A DNA stretch of 63,975 nucleotides, filler included, from Octopus bimaculoides (lineage: Eukaryota), in NCBI RefSeq assembly GCF_001194135.2. It is 6 parts of 5 records of this genome, joined end to end, with 100 filler letters (N's around TTAATTAATTAA, not from the genome) between each part and the next. Parts side by side here need not be neighbours in the genome. Positions count along the whole stretch, not along the records: positions 40,720 to 48,236 come from NC_068981.1; positions 48,337 to 59,514 come from NC_068982.1; 4 more parts are not named here. The stretch is one strand, 5' to 3'. A program made the translations under genes and the position numbers. Positions 40,720 to 53,020 of this stretch are shown here, piece after piece. Numbering within the stretch: the first letter of the stretch is position 1; every line of letters begins with the position of its first letter. The notes beneath the pieces were generated by a model that was not told the DNA's origin, made no database searches, and saw only the letters and a list, made by a program, of their open reading frames with translations.

Positions 40720-41188
40720 GCCATTACGATAGACTAAGAATATCTTTATTTACCTAGTCATGACCTCCTGTGCAAAGCAATGTCGGGAGACGACAAGAGA
40801 TGAAAGCATGGTTTCATATCAAAAGAGGAACTCAACTGTTCTGTTTACTTCACTGACGAACAGTAAGTTGGCCTAAACAACAAATATGTTTTCCAATTTC
40901 CTCTTTGCTCTTCTTGTTCAATACAAACAGCCACGATCATACGTGCACCTCATCCACACCTCCATACACATTCGCACACGCTCACACTCGAACACACACA
41001 CACGCACACACACACATATATATATATATACACACACACAAATAAATATAGATAGACATAGACACACACACATTTTCTTTCTCTACTGCATAGACATACT
41101 CGTTCTTGTACACAAGTATTTACATTGATATACATAGAAACATATACAAGCTTGCACACTCACGCACACACACACACACACACACACG

Positions 41189-41233
<45 letters not shown>

Positions 41234-42044
41234 ATACGTACACGCACGTACGCACACACACATACCGTGTATATTCACGCACAAATATAAAAATGGAAAC
41301 AACTACNNNNNNNNNNNNNNNNNNNNNNNNNNNNNNNNNNNNNNNNNNNNNNNNNNNNNNNNNNNNNNNNNNNNNNNNNNNNNNNNNNNNNNNNNNNNNN
41401 NNNNNNNNNNNNNNNNNNNNNNNNNNNNNNNNNNNNNNNNNNNNNNNNNNNNNNNNNNNNNNNNNNNNNNNNNNNNNNNNNNNNNNNNNNNNNNNNNNNN
41501 NNNNNNNNNNNNNNNNNNNNNNNNNNNNNNNNNNNNNNNNNNNNNNNNNNNNNNNNNNNNNNNNNNNNNNNNNNNNNNNNNNNNNNNNNNNNNNNNNNNN
41601 NNNNNNNNNNNNNNNNNNNNNNNNNNNNNNNNNNNNNNNNNNNNNNNNNNNNNNNNNNNNNNNNNNNNNNNNNNNNNNNNNNNNNNNNNNNNNNNNNNNN
41701 NNNNNNNNNNNNNNNNNNNNNNNNNNNNNNNNNNNNNNNNNNNNNNNNNNNNNNNNNNNNNNNNNNNNNNNNNNNNNNNNNNNNNNNNNNNNNNNNNNNN
41801 NNNNNNNNNNNNNNNNNNNNNNNNNNNNNNNNNNNNNNNNNNNNNNNNNNNNNNNNNNNNNNNNNNNNNNNNNNNNNNNNNNNNNNNNNNNNNNNNNNNN
41901 NNNNNNNNNNNNNNNNNNNNNNNNNNNNNNNNNNNNNNNNNNNNNNNNTATATATACACATATAAGGGGAATAACCACCAAGGTGGATTCCTAATATGCT
42001 AGAAAAAGAAGGTAAATCGTCTTACAACGAAGAATGTGTTTTTA

Positions 42045-42149
42045 AGAAATTTCAGCAAACGTCAGAATGTAAGAAAAGATTGTTCTCAAGAAAATTCAGA
42101 AAATACATTCTGGCGTTTGCAGAATTTTCTGGAGAACAATCTTTTCTTA
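42045..42149. repeat. Interleaved inverted repeats
   Basis: 42070-42097 vs 42122-42149 match 27/28 as reverse complements; 42045-42070 vs 42105-42130 match 23/26. Confidence 0.85.
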
Positions 42150-44009
42150 GTGGTCAGACCATAGGTGGTCTTCTAGCATAATGGATGTCCACTTAGTGGT
42201 CATACCTCTTATATGTATCTATTTTTCTATATAGATTGGTATATGATAGTTATTCACTTGTGACCTAGGTAGCCTATTAACAGCATTATGTACTTAGACA
42301 AATTTAAACTTTACACTTGTTGCTCCCCTGGTTACTAATGAACCCAGCTCTTGATAAGCGCACATACGCAGGCATTGCAGATCAAGTTTGCCCCATTCAC
42401 TGCACTGGCGGTTTGTTTTCGAACAGTTCACTTCAATTCTGAATGGAAAATGTATGTTTGTTTTCCTAAAAAACCCACTTCTTCACTTGTTTCTGCTATT
42501 GGTGGCGATAACAAGCGTTGCATTCATAATTGACCTCCGGTATTCACATGCCTTCAACGAGAACTTTACACAATCCTTAAATCGTAGTGGGTGTGCTTTT
42601 CACAAACAAAATCGCTATGGGGGTTCTCCGATCATTCATTCAAGCAATATGTCAGTCTAGCATAAATTGCGCTTATCCTCCATCGCCTCAATGGGCTAAG
42701 TCTAGGGTCAGGGTTAGGACCTCGTATCTCCTCAAGACCTTTGAGCAGTGGGCCCCTTGTAACTCACTGCCTAAATACCAATCTTGAGAAATTAGACTTC
42801 TCAAAACCAGAAAAGAGAAAGCTAACTCGAAGACTATAGATCCAATCAATCACCGGTACTGTAAAAATCTGTAAAACTTTCCAGAAGTTTATCATTGAGA
42901 GCATGGCTAGGTTCTTTTTCTATTGACAAATCTTGAAATAAAACTGATATACATACGTACGTACATACATACACACCCATACATACACAGATACATATAT
43001 ATGTACATATAATACTAATATGCATACGTACATACATACCATACATACATATACACGCATACGCACTCGCAAACATAGATTTAGAAAAATGGAAACCGTT
43101 AAAGCGCTTACACAAACGCTTCCTTCCACCAGGCGTGTGTTAATTTGTTTCATTTAAGATTTATTTTAATATAATTAATGTTTTTATAATTTAGGAAGAT
43201 CTTTTTTCGAACAAAACTCACGTGCACGCACATACACATACATATGTATGTAAANNNNNNNNNNNNNNNNNNNNNNNNNNNNNNNNNNNNNNNNNNNNNN
43301 NNNNNNNNNNNNNNNNNNNNNNNNNNNNNNNNNNNNNNNNNNNNNNNNNNNNNNNNNNNNNNNNNNNNNNNNNNNNNNNNNNNNNNNNNNNNNNNNNNNN
43401 NNNNNNNNNNNNNNNNNNNNNNNNNNNNNNNNNNNNNNNNNNNNNNNNNNNNNNNNNNNNNNNNNNNNNNNNNNNNNNNNNNNNNNNNNNNNNNNNNNNN
43501 NNNNNATATATATATATATATATATATTATATTATATATATTATACATATGTATATATATGAGTGTGTGCATGTATGTGTGTGTTTGTGTGCGCGCACAC
43601 ACACACACACACAAAAGTATGTGTCGGTATAAATTTCTTGTTTATCGATAACATGAAAGGCTTATTTTTAAAAACATGGTGTATACTGACAGCTATTTAA
43701 ATTTGTCAAACACCATACTCATGTTATTTTCTTCATTAAAACACATACATTAATGTTAAGTCTAGATTCTAAAAGGTCAAAGTAAATTTATGCAATTTGC
43801 TTTGGAAGAAAAACTGTGCATAACCTATTAGTAATACGGCTGATCATATAAATTGGTTACTAATGTAGTCTTCAAGTATTTCTAGTCATATGGTAGTAGG
43901 CTGTATATAAACACTTCTATATAAGTTTCCTAATGGAACACTGTTTTTACTGTTGTTATCTAATTATATCATTTATAGTTGTCTGCGCGAATATGTTGGT
44001 ATATATTTT

Positions 44010-44052
<43 letters not shown>

Positions 44053-44363
44053 CATACATACATACATACATGCTTGGCATGGATACATACATATATGCAT
44101 ACATTCACACAGACATATGCATATGTATTTTTATGTATAGATATATATATCCACCCTTAGGGGTCAGCCACATTTAAATGGCAAATATACTTCACTTTAT
44201 CGTGCAGTTACTGTTAACACCTNNNNNNNNNNNNNNNNNNNNNNNNNNNNNNNNNNNNNNNNNNNNNNNNNNNNNNNNNNNNNNNNNNNNNNNNNNNNNN
44301 NNNNNNNNNNNNNNNNNNNNNNNNNNNNNNNNNNNNNNNNNNNNNNNNNNNNNNNNNNNNNNN

Positions 44364-44407
<44 letters not shown>

Positions 44408-44522
44408 GCAGCATATCGTATATATTACATATATTCATGTGTGCGTATGTATGTATGTAAATATATATATATGTATAGATATATATATACATATATATAT
44501 ATATATCTTATATATATATATA

Positions 44523-44562
<40 letters not shown>

Positions 44563-44639
44563 CATTCGCTCATATATACATGCTTACATACATGCTTCAA
44601 TACATAACTTTTGATTAAGAAAGCTGTACTGTCTCAAGT

Positions 44640-45803
44640 GGAAAAACATCAGTATGGCTTGATTATAGGAAGATATTCGACTCTGTTCCCCACTCATAGC
44701 TGTTTGAAGTGTCTACATTTGGCGAAAGCGTTTGTTACCTAAATTGCTGTTCTTGAGAGGCTTATGAAGTGCTAGGTAAGGTTTATTACACTTAGAACTG
44801 AGAGTGGAACGATTATCTCTAATGTTATAATAAAGGGAATATTCCAAGGTGATAGTCATTCTGTAACTCTGTTCATTTTAGCATTAAAGCCATTATCATT
44901 CCTTCTACAAAAATCAAATGGCTACATGCTAGGGCTTGCAACTGCTAGAGATATTAATATAACCGATAATATCTTAGTGGATGAGCTCGAGATTCATGCT
45001 AAAAATGTTAACAATGTCAAACAATACAACTGGAATTAATAACATTTTTAGCTGTCATAGGAAAGGAATTTGGCCAAAAGAAATGTGTTCCGTTGATTGT
45101 TGAACAGGGAAAAATCAGTCCTCAGACCCAAAACCTGCACATTAATGATCTTCCTATCTCTCAAGTCCCTCACAAAGAATGCTACCAGTACCTACGCATT
45201 GATGAAAATATATGAACGTAGAGTGATCCGTAAGTATTATACCAAACTTAGAAACTATGGCAGTCAGAACTCTCTTCATACCACAAAAGAATATTTCACA
45301 ATGCATTTGCAGTACCAGTGCTGATTCCAACATTTGGGATACTTGACTGGACTGTGGAGGAAATCAAATCCATAAACATTAAAATCCGAATATTACTGAC
45401 ATCAAATGGAAAACTCCTCAGAAATGATGATATCGATAAGCTCTACCTAAGAAGAGATGAAGGAGTTAGAGGCTTGGAATCTGTGCAAATAACCTTCGAA
45501 TATCATATAGTCTCTCTCAGACAGTATTTGCTAAACAACGGCAGCAAACATAAATACATTAACGTATTGCTGAAAAGTGAAGAGAACAATATCCTACATG
45601 TCGACTGGGAGCTCCTCATGAAGCACTCTCTTTTGGATGATCTCCCACGCAACCCCAAAACAGCCATACTAACATACCTCAACATGACGCTCAGCCTCTC
45701 CTGAACTCGTGGTTGCTCTATCACAACACATTTCGAACGTTATGCATTTGTAATCCAAGAATAGGAGATTGCTACGAAATACCTAATAAACAAAAGAGAG
45801 AGT
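44640..45803 (+). mobile_element. Decayed R4/Dong LINE, RT to pre-CCHC region
   Basis: Pieces read IIKGIFQGDSHSVTLFILALKPLSFLL, ILVDELEIHAKN, LIPTFGILDWTVEEIKSINIKIR...DIDKLYLRRDEGVRGL and IATKYLINK. Confidence 0.85.
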
Positions 45804-45807
45804 GACT

Positions 45808-45941
45808 TTCTATATTTAAGAGACGAGGAATTATGTACATTATTTACATTATTTACATTATTTACATTTGACGGATATTTGTCCTCATCTTGTTTGTTGT
45901 TAACACATCGTTTCGGCTGATATACCCTCCAGACTTCATCG
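45808..45941 (-). mobile_element. Penelope-like terminal repeat fragment with hammerhead-core remnant
   Basis: Reverse strand GATGA-A-GTCTG-GAGGGTATAT-CAGCC-GAAAC followed by an (AATGTAAAT)3 tract; it interrupts the R4 relic. Confidence 0.6.
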
Positions 45942-47097
45942 AGATGAAACACTAAGAGTTTGTCCATGCCTCAGGCCTCTTCCTTCACATTGCGTCTCTG
46001 AAACAGTTTCGGATATCAATGTAAAATTACCAGAAAAAATTCATCATGAACAACACCATTCCAATCAAAAGAAAGACATGCACCTTAACATTTCAGCGTC
46101 TCTGACAGACTTTATTTGGTAGCAGCGACAAGGATTCAGCTACTACGACTAATTATCATTTTGTTTCAACAGCGTAGCTTTACAACCACATTTCGTCACC
46201 CGTTATGAGACTTTACAGGAAGCTTTCCCCAGCATTCGTATGATCAAACATCTCTCAACTAACTATGACTCTGTTCACAGTTTGTTCATTTGTTAGCAAA
46301 TATGTCAAATTTTGCAGCAACATATTGCATATTCAGTTTTTCTTTTAAAATTATGTGGAACGAAATGTTACAGATACCTGTTTTCTCAGAATCTTCATGC
46401 ATAGTCAAGCGCCACTTTTTACAGATAATGGCATACACCCCAGTAATGTGTCTGTCGTATTATAGAAAGTTGTCCTGATTTGGGCTAGTCATTAGCAGAC
46501 ATTTTCGGCGAGTCGAAACTCACATACTACTTATGACATTGCGTTCTGCCCAAACAATCTTCCTTATAATCTGTTGTGGTGTTAGTAAAGACACTAGTTT
46601 TTCTCCCTTTGCAGAAAAATTTCACACAAACCTGTTACTCTCCCAAGTTCTTAACTGATTTTGATATTTCTTTTGTACGAATTAACATTTTGACTTGTAA
46701 ACAGTTCCACTAATGTTGTTTGGGTAAAAATGGTTTGGTATAAATCTGGTTTTGCCGCATACTTTTCATTTTAGCATGCATCAATTTCACTTTAGAATAG
46801 CTGACTAATGATTAAATTTTGTTACTATTTAGCATGGAATTGGGTTGCATTTATTGCTTATTAACCACTCCTATCATATCATATCCGACTATATCATCGG
46901 AAATCTAATGAAATTAAAAAGGTGGTGAATTAATAACCCTACAAAAAATTCACTTTCATGTAAAGAATACTTTACATAATTTAAAGTCGGTGTAAGTTCC
47001 TGTCTGAGAAAAAAAAAAAGAATTTCTACATACATATACTCACTCAGACTTGCAAATATACATAGGCACGCAAAATTGCAAACATGCACACACACAC

Positions 47098-47414
47098 ACT
47101 TTGCTTTTTGTCAACTTACATCGTCTTAAAGAGGAAAGGTTGCTCTCCGAAGATGAAATCTACTGCAAAAAAGGTTCAAGTCTGTCGGAACTATACACAT
47201 CATTGTTTTGATTTTTAGTGTTTTCATTCTCACGATACATACACACAAATGCATTCACACACACACACACATTAACACACACACACACACACACACATAC
47301 ATATATATATAGATCAAATTGATAATAACAATGGGTACAAAAAGAACACACACCTAGTGGTAATCTATTAATTTGTATTCATTTGCCTATCTATAAATAA
47401 GTATCTGTCTATAC

Positions 47415-47459
<45 letters not shown>

Positions 47460-47698
47460 TGTGTGTGTGTGTGTTATACACATGTATGTATATACACGTA
47501 TGCACGCGTGTGTGTGTTAATGTGTGTGTGTGTGTGTGTGAATGCATTTGTGTGTATGTATCGTGAGAATGAAAACACTAAAAATCAAAACAATGATGTG
47601 TATAGTTCCGACAGACTTGAACCTTTTTTGCAGTAGATTTCATCTTCGGAGAGCAACCTTTCCTCTTTAAGACGATGTAAGTTGACAAAAAGCAAAGT
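47098..47698. repeat. Perfect 158-bp inverted duplication (47098-47255 vs 47541-47698)
   Basis: Compared base by base with no mismatches; pairing continues inward through (CA)8 vs (TG)10 and TTAA. Confidence 0.95.
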
Positions 47699-48236
47699 AG
47701 GAGACTTTGAGACATCGGTTTTCGGCATGATTATACCTCCTCAGTGAGAAGCATTACCTGCTGTAAATTTCGTCATCGGAGAATAGTCTCTCATTTTAGA
47801 CAATTGAAGTTGGCAACAAATAATGTAGAGGATTCTGAGACACCGATTCTCGGTGTGATTGTGCCGCTTCTGAACTCACACACACATAAACACACACACA
47901 TAAACACACACACATAAACACACACACACACACACACACACACNNNNNNNNNNNNNNNNNNNNNNNNNNNNNNNCCCCACACACACGTACACACGTACAC
48001 ACATATGCGTGTTAGTAATAACGAGCAAGACAGAAATATTCAATACCAAGTTGTGATTGTAGATGGTTCTTCCATGACTTTGCATATATAACTACTGTTT
48101 TTTGTTCTGTATGTCACAACCACTATTTGACAAAACGATTAAACAGAGAAGTTTAATAAAAGTGATTTATGGATAGATATATGGTATATTATATCTATGT
48201 ATATAAATGTATATATATGTATATATATATATATAT

Positions 48237-48336
48237 NNNNNNNNNNNNNNNNNNNNNNNNNNNNNNNNNNNNNNNNNNNNTTAATTAATTAANNNNNNNN
48301 NNNNNNNNNNNNNNNNNNNNNNNNNNNNNNNNNNNN
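48237..48336. other. Artificial scaffold join (linker 48281-48292)
   Basis: N44-TTAATTAATTAA-N44. Confidence 0.95.
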
Positions 48337-48354
48337 AGAGAGAGAGAGAGAGAG

Positions 48355-48475
48355 AGATTTGTATGTGTACCCCTGTGTTTGTCTCCTGTCATTGCTTGAC
48401 AACCGATGCAGGTGTGTTTATGTCCCTGTAACTTAACAGTTCAGCAAAAGAGACTGATAGAATGTCTGCTTACAA
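48355..48475 (+). mobile_element. OR2-like SINE fragment, CpG-decayed
   Basis: TTGCTTGACAACCGATGCAGGTGTGTTTATGTCCCTGTAACTTAACAGTTCAGCAAAAGAGAC. Confidence 0.7.
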
Positions 48476-49513
48476 ATACATCACACTGAGATATGAGGAT
48501 CTGTTGGTAATTGAATAAATCTCATGCAAAATAATTGAGGAAATGTTAGCAACAGACATTTTTTTAAATATTATAGGAAAAAACTATTAATAAAATGATT
48601 TTCATGATTTATCATGAGTTGGCAGGTCTTAGCATGAATCAACAAACAGTTTGTTCACTGAAATTATAAACAACACCAGTTTTTATCAGATCCATTGGTC
48701 TAGGTACTTCTGACAACACACGACCTGTCAAAAAGCCTAGTGTCCTAGAACCCCTTACTCTAATGAGTCTACTGTGTTATGAACATGTATTCATTGTAAA
48801 GGAGAAGCTGTACTCCTGTGTCAAATGCAACAGTTACTGGCACATTCATGTTCAAATCAGCCTTGCATATGACAAGATATTCATCAATTGTAGGTATCTA
48901 CAATGTAAAAGCTGATATGAAAATAATATTAAGGTTCTGGTGAGTGTGAAGTGTATATGTGGGCACAGAGAATCAAGCATGTGTCTCACTTCTTGGTTTA
49001 CATCTATTATTTGCAGAGAAGACCTGCATCTGTATTATATGCAGGGAAGACCTGCCAGAAGGCATGTGATGTGTTACAAAAGAGTGATGTATGAATGAAT
49101 ATAGACGAGTTGTGTAGATTGGATGTGGTGGGAGACAACCAGTGCTGATAATTATAATGAATAATATGAATTCCTATAGTTATTTGAAAACAGTTGTTGA
49201 TCAGATGTAATAAAGCAATGGGACTTCTTAATAGAGAAAATATGATGTCATTCTTTCATGGGGAAAAAGTCTAAATATTTAATGATTCACAATAACTCAG
49301 AGAACTGACAACAGGAATACAAAAGCGGAGAAGCCATGTAACAAAGACCAGTTAAAAATAGTTTGGAGTGTATGTGTTGATTATAACTTAGTTGACCTAC
49401 TTTCTCACAAGTTTCTAAATGCTGTTGTGTCATAACAATTTACTAAAAAATGTCACTGAAGTATTTATTCTCTAATACAATATATATATATTAACTAATA
49501 TTAACTAAGTATA

Positions 49514-49554
<41 letters not shown>

Positions 49555-50211
49555 ATGCTTGTGAATGTGTGTGTGTGCGTGTGTGCACATGTGTATTTTG
49601 AGGGTGAAAGTAATTTCAATTAAAGGAAATATTTGCAATGCTTCAGGTTTTTTTTTTTTTTTTGACAATTATTCTGTTGAAGGAATCTTGACAAGATTTC
49701 TCTTCTGATGACTATTAATCTATTCTTTAAAGATTAAAGAATATATAATTATTCAAATCTGCACTAAATTTGATCTCGAATTGCCATCCATTCCTGGATG
49801 TGTACACAGTATAAATCTGGATTGAAACTAAGAAGCTTTATTTCAAAACCAAGAAGTATAACATTCCTATCCATGTTTTGAGTTATTTTAGCAATGAAGT
49901 CTGTCCCTTAACAAAAAAAAAACAAAAAAAAAAAACATAAGTAAGAATTTGTTGCTGAGACTGAACAGTATGTGGGAGCTATTAAAATATTTTCCTAAAG
50001 TGATTTGTTTTAAAGTTCTAAATTCTCAAATATTTTGTACAGCTCATGAGAAAAAAGAAATTGTTTTAGCAATGAGAAATTGAAAATTTTTATAGTTTTT
50101 TTTTTTTTTAATTTCATATTTATTTTTTAACCCTTGAAATAGGTTTTTAAAGATTATAAAAATAATTAGTGTTTCCTTATTTCAATTCTATTTTTTCCCC
50201 CTGTATATTAG

Positions 50212-50250
50212 GAACATTTGGAGGATACCAACATCTCAGATGAAGAACAG
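50212..50250 (+). CDS. Candidate 39-nt internal coding exon (EHLEDTNISDEEQ) of an unidentified gene
   Basis: Polypyrimidine tract plus AG (TTTTTTCCCCCTGTATATTAG), an open phase 0-0 frame and a CAG|GTAGAA donor. No homology recognised. Confidence 0.35.
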
Positions 50251-50269
50251 GTAGAAAAATAGTGGCTGT

Positions 50270-50640
50270 TGAGCACTTGTAAGGTAATCCCAAAGGCTTG
50301 CTTTATCTGATGAAAAAAGATGACAGATTGAGCAAATTGTTTAGTGAGACACAGATGATGATTAGAAACAAATGAGTTTGAATGGAAGTGTATGAAAATT
50401 TCTCATTCAGAGGAACCAAGCTCATTGAAACAACACATCAACACATCAAGTGGTGGTAGCATGTTGACAAGTAACTGCCAATCAATCAAATATCATTTGA
50501 ATGCAGTATGTGATGTTTGTATATTGTTAGACATGTCGGCAGTGCTTCAAAATGGGTCTGATTTGAGCTTTGTAGAAGTTCAGCAAATGATTAGAGTAGA
50601 AATATACTTCATCTGAGGAAGATGCCAATTCTTTGGGATG
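50270..50640 (-). mobile_element. Decayed L2/CR1-like LINE remnant
   Basis: Reverse strand LNFYKAQIRPILKHC resembles LYKAQIRPxLEYC. Confidence 0.55.
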
Positions 50641-50899
50641 AAAATCTAACATGCTTTATAATTCACTATTACTACATATAAATCAAAATGATTACGTATA
50701 CTTTAATAGATTATACCAAAGCATTTTACAGTAAAATACAAGAAGATGATTAACTGTTTTTTTAGAACAAAATTGGTGATAAAGACCTCCAAATAATAAA
50801 AATATACTAGGAACAAATAGCAGATGTAAAAAAAAAAATTTCTTAAGTGGAAAAAATCTTAGAATTTAAAATTAACAAAGGGGTCAGACAAAGTTGTGC

Positions 50900-51695
50900 A
50901 ATATCCTTTTAACTAATTAACCTCTGCATTGAAAACATCAGAGACGTAGAAGGCATACCAGAACTGTCGATATGAGGATATGAACATCATCAAAATTACA
51001 TATAAGGAGCTGACATACAGAACCTTATAATTATGGTAAACAACAAAAGAATTTCTTACAGAATAGAAATTAATGTCATGAAAACAAAATCAATGGTAAT
51101 CAGCTACAATCAACAGTCATCAAAAATGAATATGATTGAAGAAAAGCCAACTGAACAAACACCAAAAATAATATACCAGAATCCAAAAAACTAGAAATGT
51201 ATAACAAATTAAAAGGATAGATACAGCTGAAAAATTATTTGAAAAAATTCTAAATATGTAACATCAAGCAACATTAATATGGAAATCAGAAAGAGATTAT
51301 TAAAATGTCATGTTCAGTCCATTTTGGGACTAAGACATGGACTTAAATAAAAATACTACCAAACAGATTACAAACCTTTGAGATGCAGACATATGAAAGA
51401 CTCTTCAGAATATCATTGATAAAATATAAAAATTAATGATAAAGAAATAAAGATGGTAAAAAACTGAGAAATTTTATTAGATATCTTTGATACATACTAA
51501 GTTCTTAAAAAAAAACAAAAGGTGTAAGAGACCTGTTAACAGAAGGCAAAACAAAAAGGAAGGGAGGAAGACAAAAATCATGCAGGCGGATATCAAGAAT
51601 TAAACAGACTTAAAATACAATTGATGTATAGAGACGGAGCAATAAACACTGAAATGGCAAATTATGTTATTCCACTTGCTGAGAGTAAACGGTGG
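50900..51695 (+). mobile_element. Highly decayed RTE-like LINE 3' half
   Basis: Pieces read IEINVMKTKSMVI, MEIRKRLLKCHV, TKTWT, FEM and EGKTKRKGGRQK. Confidence 0.55.
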
Positions 51696-51937
51696 TGATG
51701 GTATTGGTGGTGATAATGATGAAGATACAGTTACATTCTTCTGAAATAATCTCATCTATTTCTAATTTTCTTCTAAAAAAAATAATAAAATGCTGCACCA
51801 AACTATTTTTTTCTTATATATATATATATATATNNNNNNNNNNNNNNNNNNNNNNNNNNNNNNNNNNNNNNNNNNNNNNNNNNNNNNNNNNNNNNNNNNN
51901 NNNNNNNNNTACATATATATATATATGTATATATATA

Positions 51938-52831
51938 TGAGGGGGTACCCAAAAGTAACTGGAAATGTTCTTTGTGGGGAAAACCCATAGTAGTTCAGGC
52001 TTCTGCTGCGAGAAGTACTTCATGCAACCCTCAGGCATCAGTATGCTGAACAGTGGTGTATAGAGTGAAGTCAGATTGCCATGTGGTGCATCTTTGCTTT
52101 GCAGTGCTTCTCCCCTGTTCGTCAATTTTTGTGGTGACTGAAACAAAGGAACGTGCTTCTGTGAAATTCTGTTTTCTGCTAGGGAAAACAGCAGCTGAAA
52201 CAGTTGTCATGCTTCTAACAGCTTATAAGGATGCTGCCTTGAGCAAAACACAAGTTTATGAGTGGTTTTCACGCTTTAAGAATGGTCACTTTTCACGTGA
52301 AGACCAACTTTGTTCAGGGCATCTGTTAACCTCTCGAATGAATGAAAACATCATGAAAATTCGAGAACTGATTTTGGGAGACCATCACTGAACAATTGAC
52401 AAACTTGTTGACATGATTGGTGTGTCCTGGAGCTCCTGCCAACAAATTTTGAGTGAGGAGTTGCAAATAAAAAGAGTTGCAGCAAAATTTGTGCCCTGTT
52501 TGCTCACAGAAGATCAAAAGCAGTCACGACAGAATGCATGTCATGAATTGAAAGAACAGTTGGAAATTGATCTGGACCTTTTTGTGAAGGCCATCACTGG
52601 TGACAAAAGCAGGTGCTACTGAATTTGCAGATGTGGAAGAGGTGAAGAAAAAAATGATGGAGGCATTAAAAGGCATCTCTTTGCAAGAGTTCCAGCACTG
52701 CTTTGAAAAGTGGAAAACAAGTCTGGACCAATGCATTGCTTCAAATGGAGAATACTTTGAAAGCAATAAAAGTGTACACATGTAAAACTAAGTGAATAAA
52801 AGAATTCCAGTTTCTTTTGGGGACCCACTCG
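51938..52831 (+). mobile_element. Mariner element with both TIRs, internally deleted transposase pseudogene
   Basis: TIRs TGAGGGGGTACCCAAAAGTAACTGGAA and TTCCAGTTTCTTTTGGGGACCCACTCG with TA on both sides. It encodes an HTH region (KFCFLLGKTAAET...VYEWFSRFK), VAAKFVP and ITGD, then jumps to FADVEEVKKK...CIASNGEYFE. Confidence 0.92.
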
Positions 52832-52899
52832 TAAACATTCAGTAGCTAAGTTTCTCCTCCCTTGTATCAATGAAACATACATAAGATACATGCACTTCT

Positions 52900-53020
52900 C
52901 AAGCTGGATCACAGGTAACCTGTGTAGGTGATCAATCACTCTATCAGCTGGTTTTCTCTGTTGCCATGTGTGCAAGAGGAAGCAGACCAATATGGAAATA
53001 TGGACATAAAATAATGATGA
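52900..53020 (+). mobile_element. RTE-type 3' tail remnant
   Basis: CCAATATGGAAATATGGACATAAAATAATGATGATGAT matches the tail at 57264-57290. Confidence 0.5.

Noticed and set aside
42700-42720. Telomere-like CTAGGGTCAGGGTTAGG (also ACCCTAACCCT at about 4625)
   Set aside because: Only 2-3 degenerate units; too short to call interstitial telomere and probably part of a repeat.
50411-50470. Plus-strand exon within ORF 50392-50616
   Set aside because: The opposite strand is a recognisable L2/CR1 remnant, and the phase does not fit the 50212 candidate.
52053-52785. Domesticated SETMAR-like gene
   Set aside because: It has in-frame stops, no catalytic core, and TIRs with TA flanks.
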